Assembly: GCA_000092065.1 (NCBI GenBank)
Contig: CP000601.1
Length of the DNA: 64,000 nt
Source of the DNA: Ostreococcus lucimarinus
Lineage: Eukaryota
Direction: 5' to 3' (one strand)
Under the pieces are notes generated by a model, which was not told the origin of the DNA, made no database searches, and saw only the letters and a list, made by a program, of their open reading frames with translations. Every line of letters starts with the position of its first letter. Position 1 is the first letter of the stretch. The position numbers and the translations under genes were made by a program. Positions 1-10,658 of this stretch are shown here, in pieces.

Positions 1-702
1 GCGGGTGAAGGTCCTCATGGCGCCGTGGTGCACTACCGTGCTTCGAAAAAGAGCGCGAGGGCTATCGGTAAGGACAGCTTATTACTCTGCGACAGCGGCG
101 GCCAGTACGCGTGTGGCACGACGGATGTCACTCGAACGGTGCACTTCGGAACGCCCACCGCTCATCAAAAGGAGTGCTACACGCGCGTGCTCCAAGGTCA
201 CATCGCACTCGACCAAATGGTTTTCCCTGTCGGCACGAAAGGTTTCGTTCTCGACGCCTTTGCGCGATCGCACCTGTGGGCCAACGGCTTGGATTACCGT
301 CACGGCACCGGCCACGGCGTCGGCGCGGCGCTCAACGTGCACGAAGGTCCGCAAGGAATCTCTCCGCGTTTTGGAAACATGACGCCCCTTATGCCAGGAA
401 TGATCTTGAGCAACGAGCCGGGGTATTACGAAGACGGTGCGTTCGGTATCCGCATCGAGACGCTTCTGCAAGTGAAGGAGGCGAAGACTGCGCACAACTT
501 CGGAGACACTGGATTTTTATGCTTTGACGTCTTGACGTTGATCCCGATTCAAACGAAACTCATGGACTTGAGCATTATGAGTGAAAAAGAAATCGCGTGG
601 GTGAACGCGTATCACGAAAAAGTTTGGCAACAAATTTCCCCGCGAGTGTCGGGGGAGACTAAAACGTGGCTCGAACGCGCGTGTGCAAAGATTTCCAAGT
701 AG
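1..702 (+). CDS. Xaa-Pro aminopeptidase (aminopeptidase P), C-terminal part; the 5' end lies outside the window
   Basis: Frame 1 is open from base 1 and reads ...GPHGAVVHYRASKK...HGTGHGVGAALNVHEGPQGIS...NEPGYYEDGAFGIRIE..., which are the M24B metallopeptidase metal-ligand motifs. Stop at 700-702. Confidence 0.85.
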   Translation, partial: AGEGPHGAVVHYRASKKSARAIGKDSLLLCDSGGQYACGTTDVTRTVHFGTPTAHQKECYTRVLQGHIALDQMVFPVGTKGFVLDAFARSHLWANGLDYRHGTGHGVGAALNVHEGPQGISPRFGNMTPLMPGMILSNEPGYYEDGAFGIRIETLLQVKEAKTAHNFGDTGFLCFDVLTLIPIQTKLMDLSIMSEKEIAWVNAYHEKVWQQISPRVSGETKTWLERACAKISK

Positions 703-883
703 GCGGCGTAGATTTACGTGTTTTAATTTGATGTTGAATTCGAGGTTGTTTTCGGCGAAAATTTGAATGCGTCTCTCGTTACAACTTTATTTTAGGATCA
801 CATTCGTTCGTTGAACACAAAAGTATGGTACGACGTATTTTCTCACTGGGACTCTATACCGCTAAGATCAAGAAGCAAAGGCT

Positions 884-2287
884 TTAGATGGCCTTGTACT
901 CAACCTTGGTGATCTTACCCAACATGACGGCGGTGTTACCGTCCAAGAAAGCGATGCGGGAAAGACCTTCGCACTTCTTGAAGGAGTCGACGACGAGCGG
1001 GTGGACCGGCTCGAAGACGCACTCGGCGACTTCGTTGGACTTCAACGACATCGGGGACTCGAGCTTCTTACCGCCGGTTTCCTTGCCAACCTTGAAGTTG
1101 AGCGCGGTCAACTTGCACGCGGAGCGGCCGCATCGGACGAAACCGATGGGGCTGTAGCCCGCCTTGAGTTCACCCGGAATGTCCAAGGTTTGGATTTGCG
1201 CGGTGAACTCCTTGCACGGGGCGAGGGAGGTGTCCTTCTTGTAGATCATCACGTCACCGGTGCGCGGCATGTTGAGCTTGTCGAGACCCTTGATGTTCAT
1301 ACCGACGTTGTCACCCGGCGCGGCGGCTTCGACGCGCTTGTGGTGCATTTCGACGGTGAACACCTTACCACCGCACGGGTTGGAGGAGGTGTGGGTCGGG
1401 AGGAAGACGACGTCTTCACCCGGCTTGACGAGACCTTGCTCGACGCGACCGGCGAGGACATCACCGACACCCTTGATCTTGTAGACACCGGAAATCGGAA
1501 GGCGCATGGCGGCTTCCGTGTTGCGGTCCGGCTTGTCGACCATGTCGTTGAGGACGTTGAGGAGGCAGTCGATGTGGAACTTCTTGCCGCCGCCCATGTA
1601 GTCTTCGACGTCGACGCCGTTCCACCACGGCATCTTCGCGGACTTGGACAACAAGTTGTCGCCGTTCCAGCCAGAGATCGGGAGGACCGGGACGCTCTTC
1701 TCGACGTAATCCTTCTTCCAGCCGACCTTGATCAACATGTTCTTCATTTCGTTGCGAATTTCTTCGTAACGCTCTTGCTTGTAGCCAGCCATGTCGCAAT
1801 CCATCTTGTTGATGCCGCAAATGAGCTGCTTGACGCCGAGCAAGTTGAGAAGACGCGCGTGCTGGCGCGTTTGGCCTTGGACTTCACCAGCCTTGTGGTT
1901 ACCCTTTTGGATGGCGACCGTGAAGTTACCGTCCGCCGGCACCATGAGAAGCGCCACATCGGCTTGCGCCGCGCCGGAAATCATGTTCTTGATGAAATCG
2001 CGGTGACCCGGGGCGTCGATGATGGTGTAGTGCCACTTGTCCGTGAAGAATTCCTTGGTCGTGCAAGAAATCGTCACACCACGCTCACGCTCTTCCTTTT
2101 GGCGATCCATGTAGAACGCGAACGCGAAAGAAGACTTACCGAGCGCATCGGCTTCGGCGCGAAGCTTTTCGAGTTCGCGCTCCGGGATACCCCCGAGCTC
2201 GAATAACAAGCGACCGGTCGTCGTCGACTTACCGGAATCGACGTGACCGCAGATCACGATGGAAAGATGTTCCTTGCCTTCAGACAT
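884..2287 (-). CDS. EFL: Elongation factor-like GTPase EFL (the EF-1alpha paralog found in many algae)
   Basis: 467 aa. KEHLSIVICGHVDSGKST P-loop, DAPGHRDF, NKMD and the full EF-Tu domains II/III. The EFL-type N-terminus is consistent with a chlorophyte or prasinophyte. Confidence 0.9.
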   Translation of the reverse strand: MSEGKEHLSIVICGHVDSGKSTTTGRLLFELGGIPERELEKLRAEADALGKSSFAFAFYMDRQKEERERGVTISCTTKEFFTDKWHYTIIDAPGHRDFIKNMISGAAQADVALLMVPADGNFTVAIQKGNHKAGEVQGQTRQHARLLNLLGVKQLICGINKMDCDMAGYKQERYEEIRNEMKNMLIKVGWKKDYVEKSVPVLPISGWNGDNLLSKSAKMPWWNGVDVEDYMGGGKKFHIDCLLNVLNDMVDKPDRNTEAAMRLPISGVYKIKGVGDVLAGRVEQGLVKPGEDVVFLPTHTSSNPCGGKVFTVEMHHKRVEAAAPGDNVGMNIKGLDKLNMPRTGDVMIYKKDTSLAPCKEFTAQIQTLDIPGELKAGYSPIGFVRCGRSACKLTALNFKVGKETGGKKLESPMSLKSNEVAECVFEPVHPLVVDSFKKCEGLSRIAFLDGNTAVMLGKITKVEYKAI

Positions 2288-2901
2288 TGTGCGTTTATTT
2301 CAACTGTTTCGAGCCACGCGCGCATCGTCAGTCCCCCTTCCTCTCGTCTCGCCTCGTCCCGCGTCCAAACCTCCCGCCATCGCGCCGCCATCGGATCGCG
2401 ATCGTCAACCTCGCCCCCCCCCCTCGCTCGCGACCCTCGCGCGCGTCCCGCGCCGCCCGATCCATCGCGCGCGTATTCCTCCCGATCGTTTCCATCCGCG
2501 ACCGACGCCTCGCGCGTCGCATCGCGGCGTCACCGCGTCCGATCGTCGTCCGCGCGCCGTCCGCGATCGATCGTCGTCCGCGATCGATCGCGCGGCGCCC
2601 GCATCGCCTCGCCCTCGCGTCGTCGCGCGCCCTCGCGCGCGCGCCGCGACGCGCGCGAATATTTCCCACCGCCGCGTCCGTCGATCGCCGTCGCGCGCGC
2701 GTCGTTCGCCGCGCGCGGGCGCACCTTTGACCGTCGAAGAATGGCGCCGCCGCCGTCCTGGGGTCTTCGCGAGGATGCGTCGACGCGTGCGTTTCGTCGA
2801 CGGTTCATGACTCAAGAGTATGTGTCTTCGTATGGGTAAACAGTGTGAGTATCAGCAGAACGCCGCCCAGCCTCGACGGCCCGCGCGGCGGACGCCGCAG
2901 C

Positions 2902-3894
2902 ATGGCGCGCGCGCGCGCCGACGCGCGCGACGCGCGCGCGAGCGATTGGCGCGCGTTCGTCGCCGGCGTCGCGGGCGGCGCGTCGAGCACGCTCGCGCTG
3001 CACCCGCTCGACGTCGTGAAGACGCGGCTGCAGGTGCAGGACGACCCGGACGCGCGACGCGCGCGGTACGCGGGCGCGTGGCGAGGCGCGCGACGGATCG
3101 TCGCCGAGGAAGGCGCGCGCGGGATCTACGCGGGCGCCGCGCCGGCGATCGTCGGGAGCGCGGTGAGCTGGGGGGCGTATTTCGCGTGGTACGACGGCGC
3201 GCGGGCGCGGTACGCGGACGCGCTCGGACGAGAGCGAAACGGGGCGCTGCCGGCGGGCGCGAACATGATGGCGGCCACGGAGGCGGGGGTGGTGACGACG
3301 GTGCTGACGAACCCGATTTGGGTGGTGAAGACGCGGTTGCAGTTGCAGAGAGGAGGAGGATTAGGGGACGCGGCGAGCGAAGCGGCGAAGAGCGGCGAAA
3401 AGCGATACGCGGGATTCGTCGACGCGTTGGCGACGATCGCGCGAAAGGAAGGGTTGAGAGGGTTATACAAGGGACTCGTGCCGTCGATATGGCTCGTCTC
3501 GCACGGTTCGATACAGTTGACGGCGTACGAGTGGTTGAAGGAAATCGCGGCGAGCGGCAGAGCGAGACGCGCGCGAGGGGGCGCGGCGGACGTCGCCCCG
3601 GTCGAGGCTGGCGCCCTGGGCTTGGCGTCGAAATTCATCGCCGTGACCGCGACTTATCCAATTCAAGTCGTGCGCGCGCGCATTCAACAGCGCTCGGACG
3701 TCGGTAGACCCGCGGACGCCCCGACGTACGCGCGCTTCGGCGAAGCCGTCTCGCGCACCTTCGCTCGCGAGGGCGTTCGCGGCTTCTACAAGGGCTTCGC
3801 CCCCAACGTCGTTCGCGTGTTACCGAGTTCGGCCATCACGTTCGCCGCGTACGAGGGCGTTTTAGGCGTATTAAACGACGATCCCGTCGCGTAG
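2902..3894 (+). CDS. Mitochondrial carrier family protein, folate/FAD-transporter-like (SLC25A32-type)
   Basis: Three Mito_carr repeats (PLDVVKTRLQVQ, NPIWVVKTRLQLQ, YPIQVVRARIQQ). The ORF opens at 2845; I prefer the Met at 2902 as the start. Confidence 0.8.
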   Translation: MARARADARDARASDWRAFVAGVAGGASSTLALHPLDVVKTRLQVQDDPDARRARYAGAWRGARRIVAEEGARGIYAGAAPAIVGSAVSWGAYFAWYDGARARYADALGRERNGALPAGANMMAATEAGVVTTVLTNPIWVVKTRLQLQRGGGLGDAASEAAKSGEKRYAGFVDALATIARKEGLRGLYKGLVPSIWLVSHGSIQLTAYEWLKEIAASGRARRARGGAADVAPVEAGALGLASKFIAVTATYPIQVVRARIQQRSDVGRPADAPTYARFGEAVSRTFAREGVRGFYKGFAPNVVRVLPSSAITFAAYEGVLGVLNDDPVA

Positions 3895-3921
3895 CGTAGC
3901 GTAGCGTAGCGTAGCGTAGCC
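3890..3921. repeat. (TAGCG)6 pentanucleotide microsatellite directly after the carrier stop codon
   Basis: The sequence gcgtagcgtagcgtagcgtagcgtagcgtagcc. The gene's TAG stop (3892-3894) is the first repeat unit. Confidence 0.9.
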
Positions 3922-4003
3922 GTTTGCAACGCGTCCTCGCGCGAGGGCGCCTCGAAACGACGATTGGCTTCGCCGACCGACGCCTCGCGCACTTCGCGAC
4001 GCG

Positions 4004-5260
4004 ATGTCGCGCGCGCCCGACGTCGCGAGCGAGCGACGCGACGCGTCGCGCGTGTCCATGCCGTTCGCGCCCGGCGCGATCCCGCGAAGCGAGAGCTACG
4101 ACGCGTTCGTCGCGTCGGTGCCCGACTCGCGCGCGTCGCCGGTGAAATCGCTCGCGCGCGCGCGCGATGCCTCCGCGAGCGCGACGACGGGCGACGACGA
4201 GCGACCGCGCGTGATGCTGCTCCACTGCGGCGGCACGCTCGGGATGGGGGTGGAGTCGTTCGAGCTGCGAGAGGCGGACGTCGTCCCGCGCGCGGGTGGC
4301 AAGTACAGACCGCTGGGGGCGTCGAAATATCTGTTGGACGTGCAGGAGGTGATACCCGAGCTGCGAGATTTCGCGCGGCTGGACGTGGAGGTGTTGATGA
4401 ATAAAGACTCGAGCGAGATGGACGGAAAGGATTGGGTGACGCTCGCGCGGGCGCTGCACGAGAGGAGGGAGGAGTACTCGGCGTTCGTCGTGGCGCACGG
4501 AACGGATACGATGGCGTACGCGGCGAGCGCGCTGTCGTTGATGCTGGTTGGGTTCGGAAAGCCGATCGTGTTGACGGGCTCGCAGTTGCCTCTGTCGTTC
4601 GCGCGATCGGACGCGCGCCAAAATTTGATTGACGCCCTGACGTGCTGTTGCGCGAGTCGAAGCTGCGGAGGTACCGTGGATTTCGCGGAGGTGGCGATTT
4701 GTTTCGGCGGTAAGCTTTTACGCGGGAATCGCGCGTCAAAGACGAGCGCGACGGTGTACGCGGCGTTTAGTTCACCTTCGTATCCAGCGCTCGCGAGATT
4801 AGGAGTGGGGGTCGATTGGAACCACGCGCGTTTGTTACGGCCGGCGCCAGAGTACGCGCCGCAATTTGAGTTGAATTCGAACGTCATACGCGTCCCGGTG
4901 ATTCCTGGCTTAGACATCGAAAAGGCGTACGGCGATTTGTACGGTCGAGGCGTGCGAGGCATCATCTTGGAAGCGTTCGGCGTGGGAAACTTCCCGCAGA
5001 GCCTCGTCCCTTGGCTCACCAGCCAAGCGTCGCGCGGATTGCAAATCTACCTATCGACGCAGTGTCAAAGCGGCGAATTACGACCGGAGCTCTACGCCGC
5101 CGGTCTCGGCGCGTTAGCCGTAGGGGCCAAATCTGGCCCGGTCATGACCAGCGAGTGCGCCGTGGTCAAAATGATGCTCCACATCGCGAATCCCGAGCTC
5201 GAGCTCCACGTATCGTACTCTGGCGAAGCCGGCGACGTCGATTTTTGCGACATCAAGTGA
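4004..5260 (+). CDS. L-asparaginase, type I (cytosolic AnsA / 60 kDa lysophospholipase family)
   Basis: VMLLHCGGTLGM and FVVAHGTDTMAYAAS asparaginase signatures; 418 aa. Confidence 0.85.
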   Translation: MSRAPDVASERRDASRVSMPFAPGAIPRSESYDAFVASVPDSRASPVKSLARARDASASATTGDDERPRVMLLHCGGTLGMGVESFELREADVVPRAGGKYRPLGASKYLLDVQEVIPELRDFARLDVEVLMNKDSSEMDGKDWVTLARALHERREEYSAFVVAHGTDTMAYAASALSLMLVGFGKPIVLTGSQLPLSFARSDARQNLIDALTCCCASRSCGGTVDFAEVAICFGGKLLRGNRASKTSATVYAAFSSPSYPALARLGVGVDWNHARLLRPAPEYAPQFELNSNVIRVPVIPGLDIEKAYGDLYGRGVRGIILEAFGVGNFPQSLVPWLTSQASRGLQIYLSTQCQSGELRPELYAAGLGALAVGAKSGPVMTSECAVVKMMLHIANPELELHVSYSGEAGDVDFCDIK

Positions 5261-5518
5261 CCGCTCGCGCCTCGTTCCACGCACTATCCAAACCTAAAAG
5301 TAGCCCTTTTAATTTTAGCCACCGCGCGCCGAATCGACCGACCGCGCCGGCGTCGGGGCCACGGTCAAAATCGCGAACCGCCGCTGGACTCGCGAATGGC
5401 GACTTTGGATGGATGACTTTGGTCGGCATCAGATCGCGACGCGTCCACGACGCACGCGCGCATCGATCTCCCTTTGGACGCGCACACGCGCGCGTGAACG
5501 TGATCCCACGCCGTCGCG

Positions 5519-7286
5519 ATGTCGCTCAAGTCCATCAACCCCAACGCCGAGCTCATGAACGCCGATGCCGCGCTGTTCATGAACATCAACGCCGCCAAGG
5601 GTCTCCAAGACGTGATGAAGACGAATTTAGGCCCGAAAGGGACGATCAAGATGCTCGTCGACGGTGCTGGAGGTGCGTGTACGATCGTTTCGTCGATACA
5701 TCGCGGTTTCGCGCGTCACGGCGGCGCGTGAGAGATGCGCGGTGACGGTGATCTGTTGGATTTCGCGCGAACGCGGCGCGGCGTTGACTCTGTTGACCGA
5801 ACGACTGACGGCGATGTTGAAATCGATGTGCGTAGGTTTGAAGCTCACGAAGGATGGGAACGTGCTGCTGAGAGAGATGCAGATTCAAAACCCGACGGCG
5901 ATCATGATCGCGAGGACGGCGGTGGCGCAGGATGATATCACCGGGGACGGGACGACGACGACGGTGCTCGTCATCGGAGAGTTGTTGAAGCAAGCGGAGC
6001 GGTATTTGAATGAGGGTTTGCATCCGAGAGTGATCGTGGAGGGATTCGATGTGGCGAAACGCGAGTCGCTGAAGTTTTTGGAAACGTTCAAGCGCGCGGC
6101 GCCGGGTGTGGAAGCGCCGGATCGAGAAATGTTGTTGTGCGTGGCGCGCACGGCGTTGCGAACAAAGTTGCGGGAAGAGTTGGCTGATAAGTTGACGACG
6201 ATCGTCGTCGACGCTGTGTTGTGCATCGCCAAACCGGAAGAGTCGATCGATTTGCACATGGTGGAGATCATGACCATGAAGCATCAGACGGATGACGAAA
6301 CCAAATTGATTCAGGGTTTGGTCCTCGACCACGGGGCGAGACATCCGGATATGAAGAGATACGTGGAGGACGCGTTCGTGTTGACGTGTAACATCAGCCT
6401 GGAATACGAACGATCGGAGGTGAACTCGACGTTCATGTACACCGATGCGGAACAGCGCGAGAAGATGGTCGCCGCCGAGCGCGCGTACACCGATGAAACC
6501 GTGCGCAAGGTGATCGCGCTCAAGAAGCAGGTGTGCGACGGCAACGACAAGGGTTTCGTCGTCATCACACAAAAGGGGATCGACCCAATCTCTCTGGACA
6601 TGCTCTGTAAGGAAGGCATTATGGGACTTCGTCGCGCCAAGCGCCGAAACATGGAGCGTCTCGTCCTCGCATGTGGTGGTCAATGCATCAACTCTGTTGA
6701 GGAACTCTCGCCGGAAATTTTGGGCCACGCCGGCGAAGTGTACGAGTACGTCTTGGGCGAGGAAAAGTACACTTTTGTGGAAAAAGTCGTCAACCCGACG
6801 TCGTGCACGGTACTTTTAAAAGGCTCGAACGATCACACCATCGCACAGCTCAAGGATGCGGTGCGAGATGGCTTGCGGGCGGTGAAGAATGTGTTGACCG
6901 ACAAGGCCGTGGTTCCGGGCGCGGGTGCGTTTGAGATGGCCTTGAACAAGCACTTGAAGGAGAACGTCACCAAGATGGTCGAAGGTCGCGCGAAACGCGG
7001 CGTCGAGGCGTTTGCGGAAGCCATGCTCGTGGTCCCGAAGACACTCGCGGAGAACAGCGGTTACGATCCGCAAGACGCCATCATCGACATGCAAGAGGAG
7101 CACGACAGAGGCAACGTCGTCGGTTTCGATATCAGCATCGGCGAGCCCTTCGACCCCACCATGAGTGGTATCTACGACAACTTTCTCGTCAAACAGCAAA
7201 TTCTGCACTCTGCGCCCATCATCGCCACGCAGTTACTCTGCACGGATGAGGTTCTCAGAGCGGGCGTGAACATGCGCAAGCGATGA
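5519..7286 (+). CDS. CCT6: T-complex protein 1 subunit zeta (CCT6). Two exons, join(5519..5672,5836..7286)
   Basis: Exon 1 [11 protein letters not shown]...[14 protein letters not shown], exon 2 (G)[21 protein letters not shown]...GDGTTT... chaperonin signature. There is a frame change between the two ORFs. Donor is G|GTGCGT at 5673, branch site GACTGACG, acceptor CGTAG| at 5835. Confidence 0.9.
5673..5835 (+). other. Spliceosomal intron (163 nt, phase 1) in CCT6
   Basis: GTGCGTGT...ACTGAC...GTGCGTAG. Joining restores the conserved [19 protein letters not shown] sequence. Confidence 0.8.
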
Positions 7287-7380
7287 TCGACGCGAGTCAG
7301 AAACTTATAGAATTTAGTGGTGGTGCGTACGCACGTACGTAGTAGCAGCGTGTGTGAATCTACAAGGAAAGAATTGCTAA

Positions 7381-8340
7381 TTAAGCGCGCGTGAAAATGT
7401 ATATTCCGCCCGCGGCGGCGCGTCCGATCAACATGTCCTCGTCGCAAAACGTGAGATGATACGTGCCCACGGCGGCGCCAGCTTCTCCGCCGCCCATGGA
7501 CGTCAGAGCGCCCCGAAGCGGAAACTTCAGCTCGAGCTCTTTGATAAACATCAGCACTTGATGATTCAGCGACGACCGAGGCAAAATCGCCGGCGCCAAC
7601 AACGTCTCGGCGAGCGGCGAAATACTAATCTCGCTCACCTGCGCCTCTTGAAACGTCAACGCGATGCGCCGCCGCCCGACATCCTTAAAACTCGCCTGCA
7701 CGCGCAATCCGACGCCTCCCGGCGCGCCAACCTTCGCCTCGCTCAACAAAAACGGCACGCTCAGGCGTATCTCGTTCGTGATCCCCGTATTCGTCCCGTT
7801 CGCGCACCCGAAGCTCTGAAAAATATCCCCCACCTCGGGCACCCCCAACCTCTGCGACGCCATCAACAGCCCCAGCACGTCCGCCGCGTTCGTGTACGCC
7901 AACCGCCACTTCCCATCCAGCGCATCCCACTCGATCGTCTCGCTCGTCGTCAGCCGCTCGAGCGCGCCCGCCGCCGCCATGATCTCCGCCGCGTCGTCGC
8001 GCGTCGCCAGCGCCCCGCGATACGTCCCCGCGCACGCCTCCCGCAGCCGCGCCCTCGCGCGCGCGCGCGCCTCGTCCGCGCGCGCCTCCGCGTCGACGTC
8101 ACCACCCTTTCCTCGCGCGCGCGCGTCGTCGATCGCGCGCGTCGTCGTCGCGCGCGCCCGCTCGAACCTCGAACCGACCCCCGTCGACGTCGTCCTTCGC
8201 GGCGACGCCGCCGCGCGCGCGCGCGCGCGCGTCGCGTCCGCGCGCGCGACGGCGACGCGCATCGTCGCGATCGCGTCCCGTTCGCCCGAGCGCCGCGAAC
8301 TCGCGTCGCGCGCGCGTCGCGCGATTGTGACGCGCCACAT
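7381..8340 (-). CDS. Plastid-lipid-associated protein / fibrillin family protein (chloroplast)
   Basis: PAP_fibrillin-like core ERLTTSETIEWDALDGKWRLAYTNA...LVLMFIKELELKF. The Arg/Ala-rich N-terminus resembles a transit peptide. The start could instead be the Met at 8262. Confidence 0.65.
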   Translation of the reverse strand: MWRVTIARRARDASSRRSGERDAIATMRVAVARADATRARARAAASPRRTTSTGVGSRFERARATTTRAIDDARARGKGGDVDAEARADEARARARARLREACAGTYRGALATRDDAAEIMAAAGALERLTTSETIEWDALDGKWRLAYTNAADVLGLLMASQRLGVPEVGDIFQSFGCANGTNTGITNEIRLSVPFLLSEAKVGAPGGVGLRVQASFKDVGRRRIALTFQEAQVSEISISPLAETLLAPAILPRSSLNHQVLMFIKELELKFPLRGALTSMGGGEAGAAVGTYHLTFCDEDMLIGRAAAGGIYIFTRA

Positions 8341-8366
8341 CGCGCGCGATCGTATTCTCGACGCGA

Positions 8367-9302
8367 ATGCCGCCGCGCCCTCGCGCGGACGCGTCGGTGG
8401 ACCTCGCGCGCGCGCGCGCGAGCGCGGACGACGTCTCGCATCGCCTGTCGGACACGCGCGCGCGCACGGTGCAGGCGGTGGAGCTCACGGAGCGCGCGCT
8501 GAGGGAATTCAGAGACGCGGACGCGCGCGACGCATCGAAACCGCGATCGACGCTCGTCTCGCCGTACGACGGCGAGGAGGACGAGGAGGGCGGAGATAAC
8601 GAACTCACGGCGCTGGTGCGGCAGCTGGAGTCGTTCGCGGAGAAACGAACGGGGACGGGACAGGCGCCGCGAGGGGCGAACGGGACGAGCGGGACGACGC
8701 GCGGCGAACGGGAACGAGAACGGGAACGAGGAGGGGATAAATGGAGCGTGAAGAGCGGAGATAGCGGCGATGGACGATCGATGAACGATGAAAATTCGTT
8801 GGTCGGGTACTCGATGATGTACGGGAGCACGGTGGACGACGATGGGAGCGCGGCGGACGCGGATGAGCTCGCGAGCGAGTTTTCGGTTGATTTTTCGCTG
8901 CCGAGCGAACGCGTGGCTGGGGGTGCGACGGCGAGGAACGATAAAAAGAGCGAGCTCGGGAGCGTGAGTGGGCGGATAAACGCGGTGAGCGATAGTTTAA
9001 CGACGAGCAAGTCGCGATTGCACGAGAGCATCGCGAGCTTGGAGCTCGAAGCCGGGTTGACTGAAAACGGCGCCGAGATGGATTTCGAGCAGTACAAGGA
9101 CGACATGCCCGTGGTCGGGAACACGAAGACCGGTCAGGTCGTCATCGATTTAGCCGCGAGAGGCGTGAACTCGCTCAGTCGATCGAGTTCGCAGTTCATG
9201 GGCGAAGGCAAAGGCGGTCGGGGCGGCGACGGCGCCGAGCTCAGTCCGCTTGTGCGAATGTTCAATAGCGTGTGCGGCGGTTGTTGCGCCCTGCGCAAGT
9301 GA
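8367..9302 (+). CDS. Hypothetical protein, acidic and low-complexity, C-terminal CGGCC motif
   Basis: 311-aa ORF with non-repetitive coding-like composition in its C-terminal half. No recognisable domain. Start uncertain because it lies only 26 bp from the divergent fibrillin ORF. Confidence 0.35.
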   Translation: MPPRPRADASVDLARARASADDVSHRLSDTRARTVQAVELTERALREFRDADARDASKPRSTLVSPYDGEEDEEGGDNELTALVRQLESFAEKRTGTGQAPRGANGTSGTTRGERERERERGGDKWSVKSGDSGDGRSMNDENSLVGYSMMYGSTVDDDGSAADADELASEFSVDFSLPSERVAGGATARNDKKSELGSVSGRINAVSDSLTTSKSRLHESIASLELEAGLTENGAEMDFEQYKDDMPVVGNTKTGQVVIDLAARGVNSLSRSSSQFMGEGKGGRGGDGAELSPLVRMFNSVCGGCCALRK

Positions 9303-9461
9303 CGCCGCGCGCGAGATGACAACCACCACTAGCTACGGTGGGTGCGTGTAAAACTAAACAGCGCAGCGCGACGCGATTCGACGCGACGCGCGCGCTCGAA
9401 TCGAGACGAGCGTCTCTCGGCGCCGCCGCCGCCCTCGCGCGTCACTTCGAGCCCGCCCGCC

Positions 9462-10610
9462 ATGCCGCGACTCCTCTCTCCACGCGCCCTCGCGTCGTCG
9501 CGACTCTCCCTCGAAGCGACGGTGCTTCCGGGTCGTCGCGCGCGCGCCTCGCCGCGCGCGCGCGTCGCCGTCGCGCGGGCGTCCTCGCTGACCATCGCTC
9601 GACCGGACGACTGGCACCTGCACGTCCGCGACGCCTCAAAGCTCGCCGACGTCGTCCCGTTCACGTCGAAGACGTTCAAGCGCGCGCTGGTGATGCCGAA
9701 CCTGACGCCGCCCGTGCGCACGGCGAGCGAGGCTGAAAAGTACCGGGAACTCATCGCGAAGGCGGCGCCGGCGAGCGACGGATTCGAACCGCACATGACG
9801 CTGTATCTCACGGATAACACCACGGTAGAGCAAGTCGAGGAAGCGCACGCGTGTGGATTCGTGCGAGGGTATAAGCTGTACCCGGCAGGGGCGACGACGA
9901 ACAGTGAATTTGGGGTGACGGATGTGGCGAACGTGGCGAAGGCGACGAAACGCATGGCGGAACTGGGGCTGACGTTGCAAGTGCACGGAGAAGTGACGCA
10001 CGCGAGCGTGGACGTGTTCGATCGAGAGGCGAGATTCATTCAGGACGTTTTGATGCCGCTGTTGGATAGATCTCCGGATTTGAGGGTGGTGATGGAACAC
10101 ATCACGACGCGCGACGCCGCCGAGTTTGTCGCCGCGGCGGGGCCGAACGTCGCAGCGTCAGTGACGCCGCAACACGTGCTGTTCAATCGTAACGCCCTTT
10201 TCAAGGGTGGTTTAAGACCACATTTCTATTGCTTGCCCATCTTAAAGCGTGAGGAGCATCGCGAAGCCGTGCTCGCGGCGGCGACGAGCGGGAGCGGCAA
10301 GTTTTTCCTCGGCACCGACAGCGCGCCGCACCCCAAAGGCGCAAAGGAGGCCGCGTGCGGGTGCGCGGGTATCTTCTCTGCGCATGCCGCGTTGCCACTC
10401 TACGCCATGGCTTTCGAATCCGTCGACGCGCTCGACAAGCTCGAGGCGTTTGCGTCGCACAACGGAGCCGACTTTTACCGCGTCCCGCGTAACACCGAGA
10501 CGGTGACGTTGGAGAAGAAGGCTTGGAAAGTGCCGGATGAGTACAAGTTTGGTGACACTACGGTGGTGCCATTTTACGCGGGTGAGGAAATTCCGTGGAG
10601 CGTGGTGTAA
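9462..10610 (+). CDS. Dihydroorotase (type II, E. coli PyrC-like), probably organelle-targeted
   Basis: DDWHLHVRDA (metal-binding HxH), KLYPAGATTNS, HGE, FFLGTDSAPH motifs. The ORF opens at 9342 with an Arg/Ser-rich presequence. Confidence 0.85.
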   Translation: MPRLLSPRALASSRLSLEATVLPGRRARASPRARVAVARASSLTIARPDDWHLHVRDASKLADVVPFTSKTFKRALVMPNLTPPVRTASEAEKYRELIAKAAPASDGFEPHMTLYLTDNTTVEQVEEAHACGFVRGYKLYPAGATTNSEFGVTDVANVAKATKRMAELGLTLQVHGEVTHASVDVFDREARFIQDVLMPLLDRSPDLRVVMEHITTRDAAEFVAAAGPNVAASVTPQHVLFNRNALFKGGLRPHFYCLPILKREEHREAVLAAATSGSGKFFLGTDSAPHPKGAKEAACGCAGIFSAHAALPLYAMAFESVDALDKLEAFASHNGADFYRVPRNTETVTLEKKAWKVPDEYKFGDTTVVPFYAGEEIPWSVV

Positions 10611-10658
10611 TTAAAATCGACAACAAATTGTAGGAGACGCGGCGAAGATAATCAGCCA

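Noticed and set aside
2243-2839. Several overlapping Arg/Pro/Ser-rich ORFs (up to 198 aa) between the EFL and carrier genes
   Set aside because: They lie in a divergent promoter or 5' UTR region with tandem CGATCG-containing repeats, show extreme low complexity with no start context or domain, and several mutually overlap in different frames.
3786-4739. 317-aa and 261-aa minus-strand ORFs (Arg/Ser/Pro/Thr-rich) overlapping the asparaginase gene
   Set aside because: They are antisense to a well-conserved asparaginase CDS. Their low-complexity Arg/Ala/Ser composition is typical of non-coding frames in 65% GC DNA, and no domain is present.
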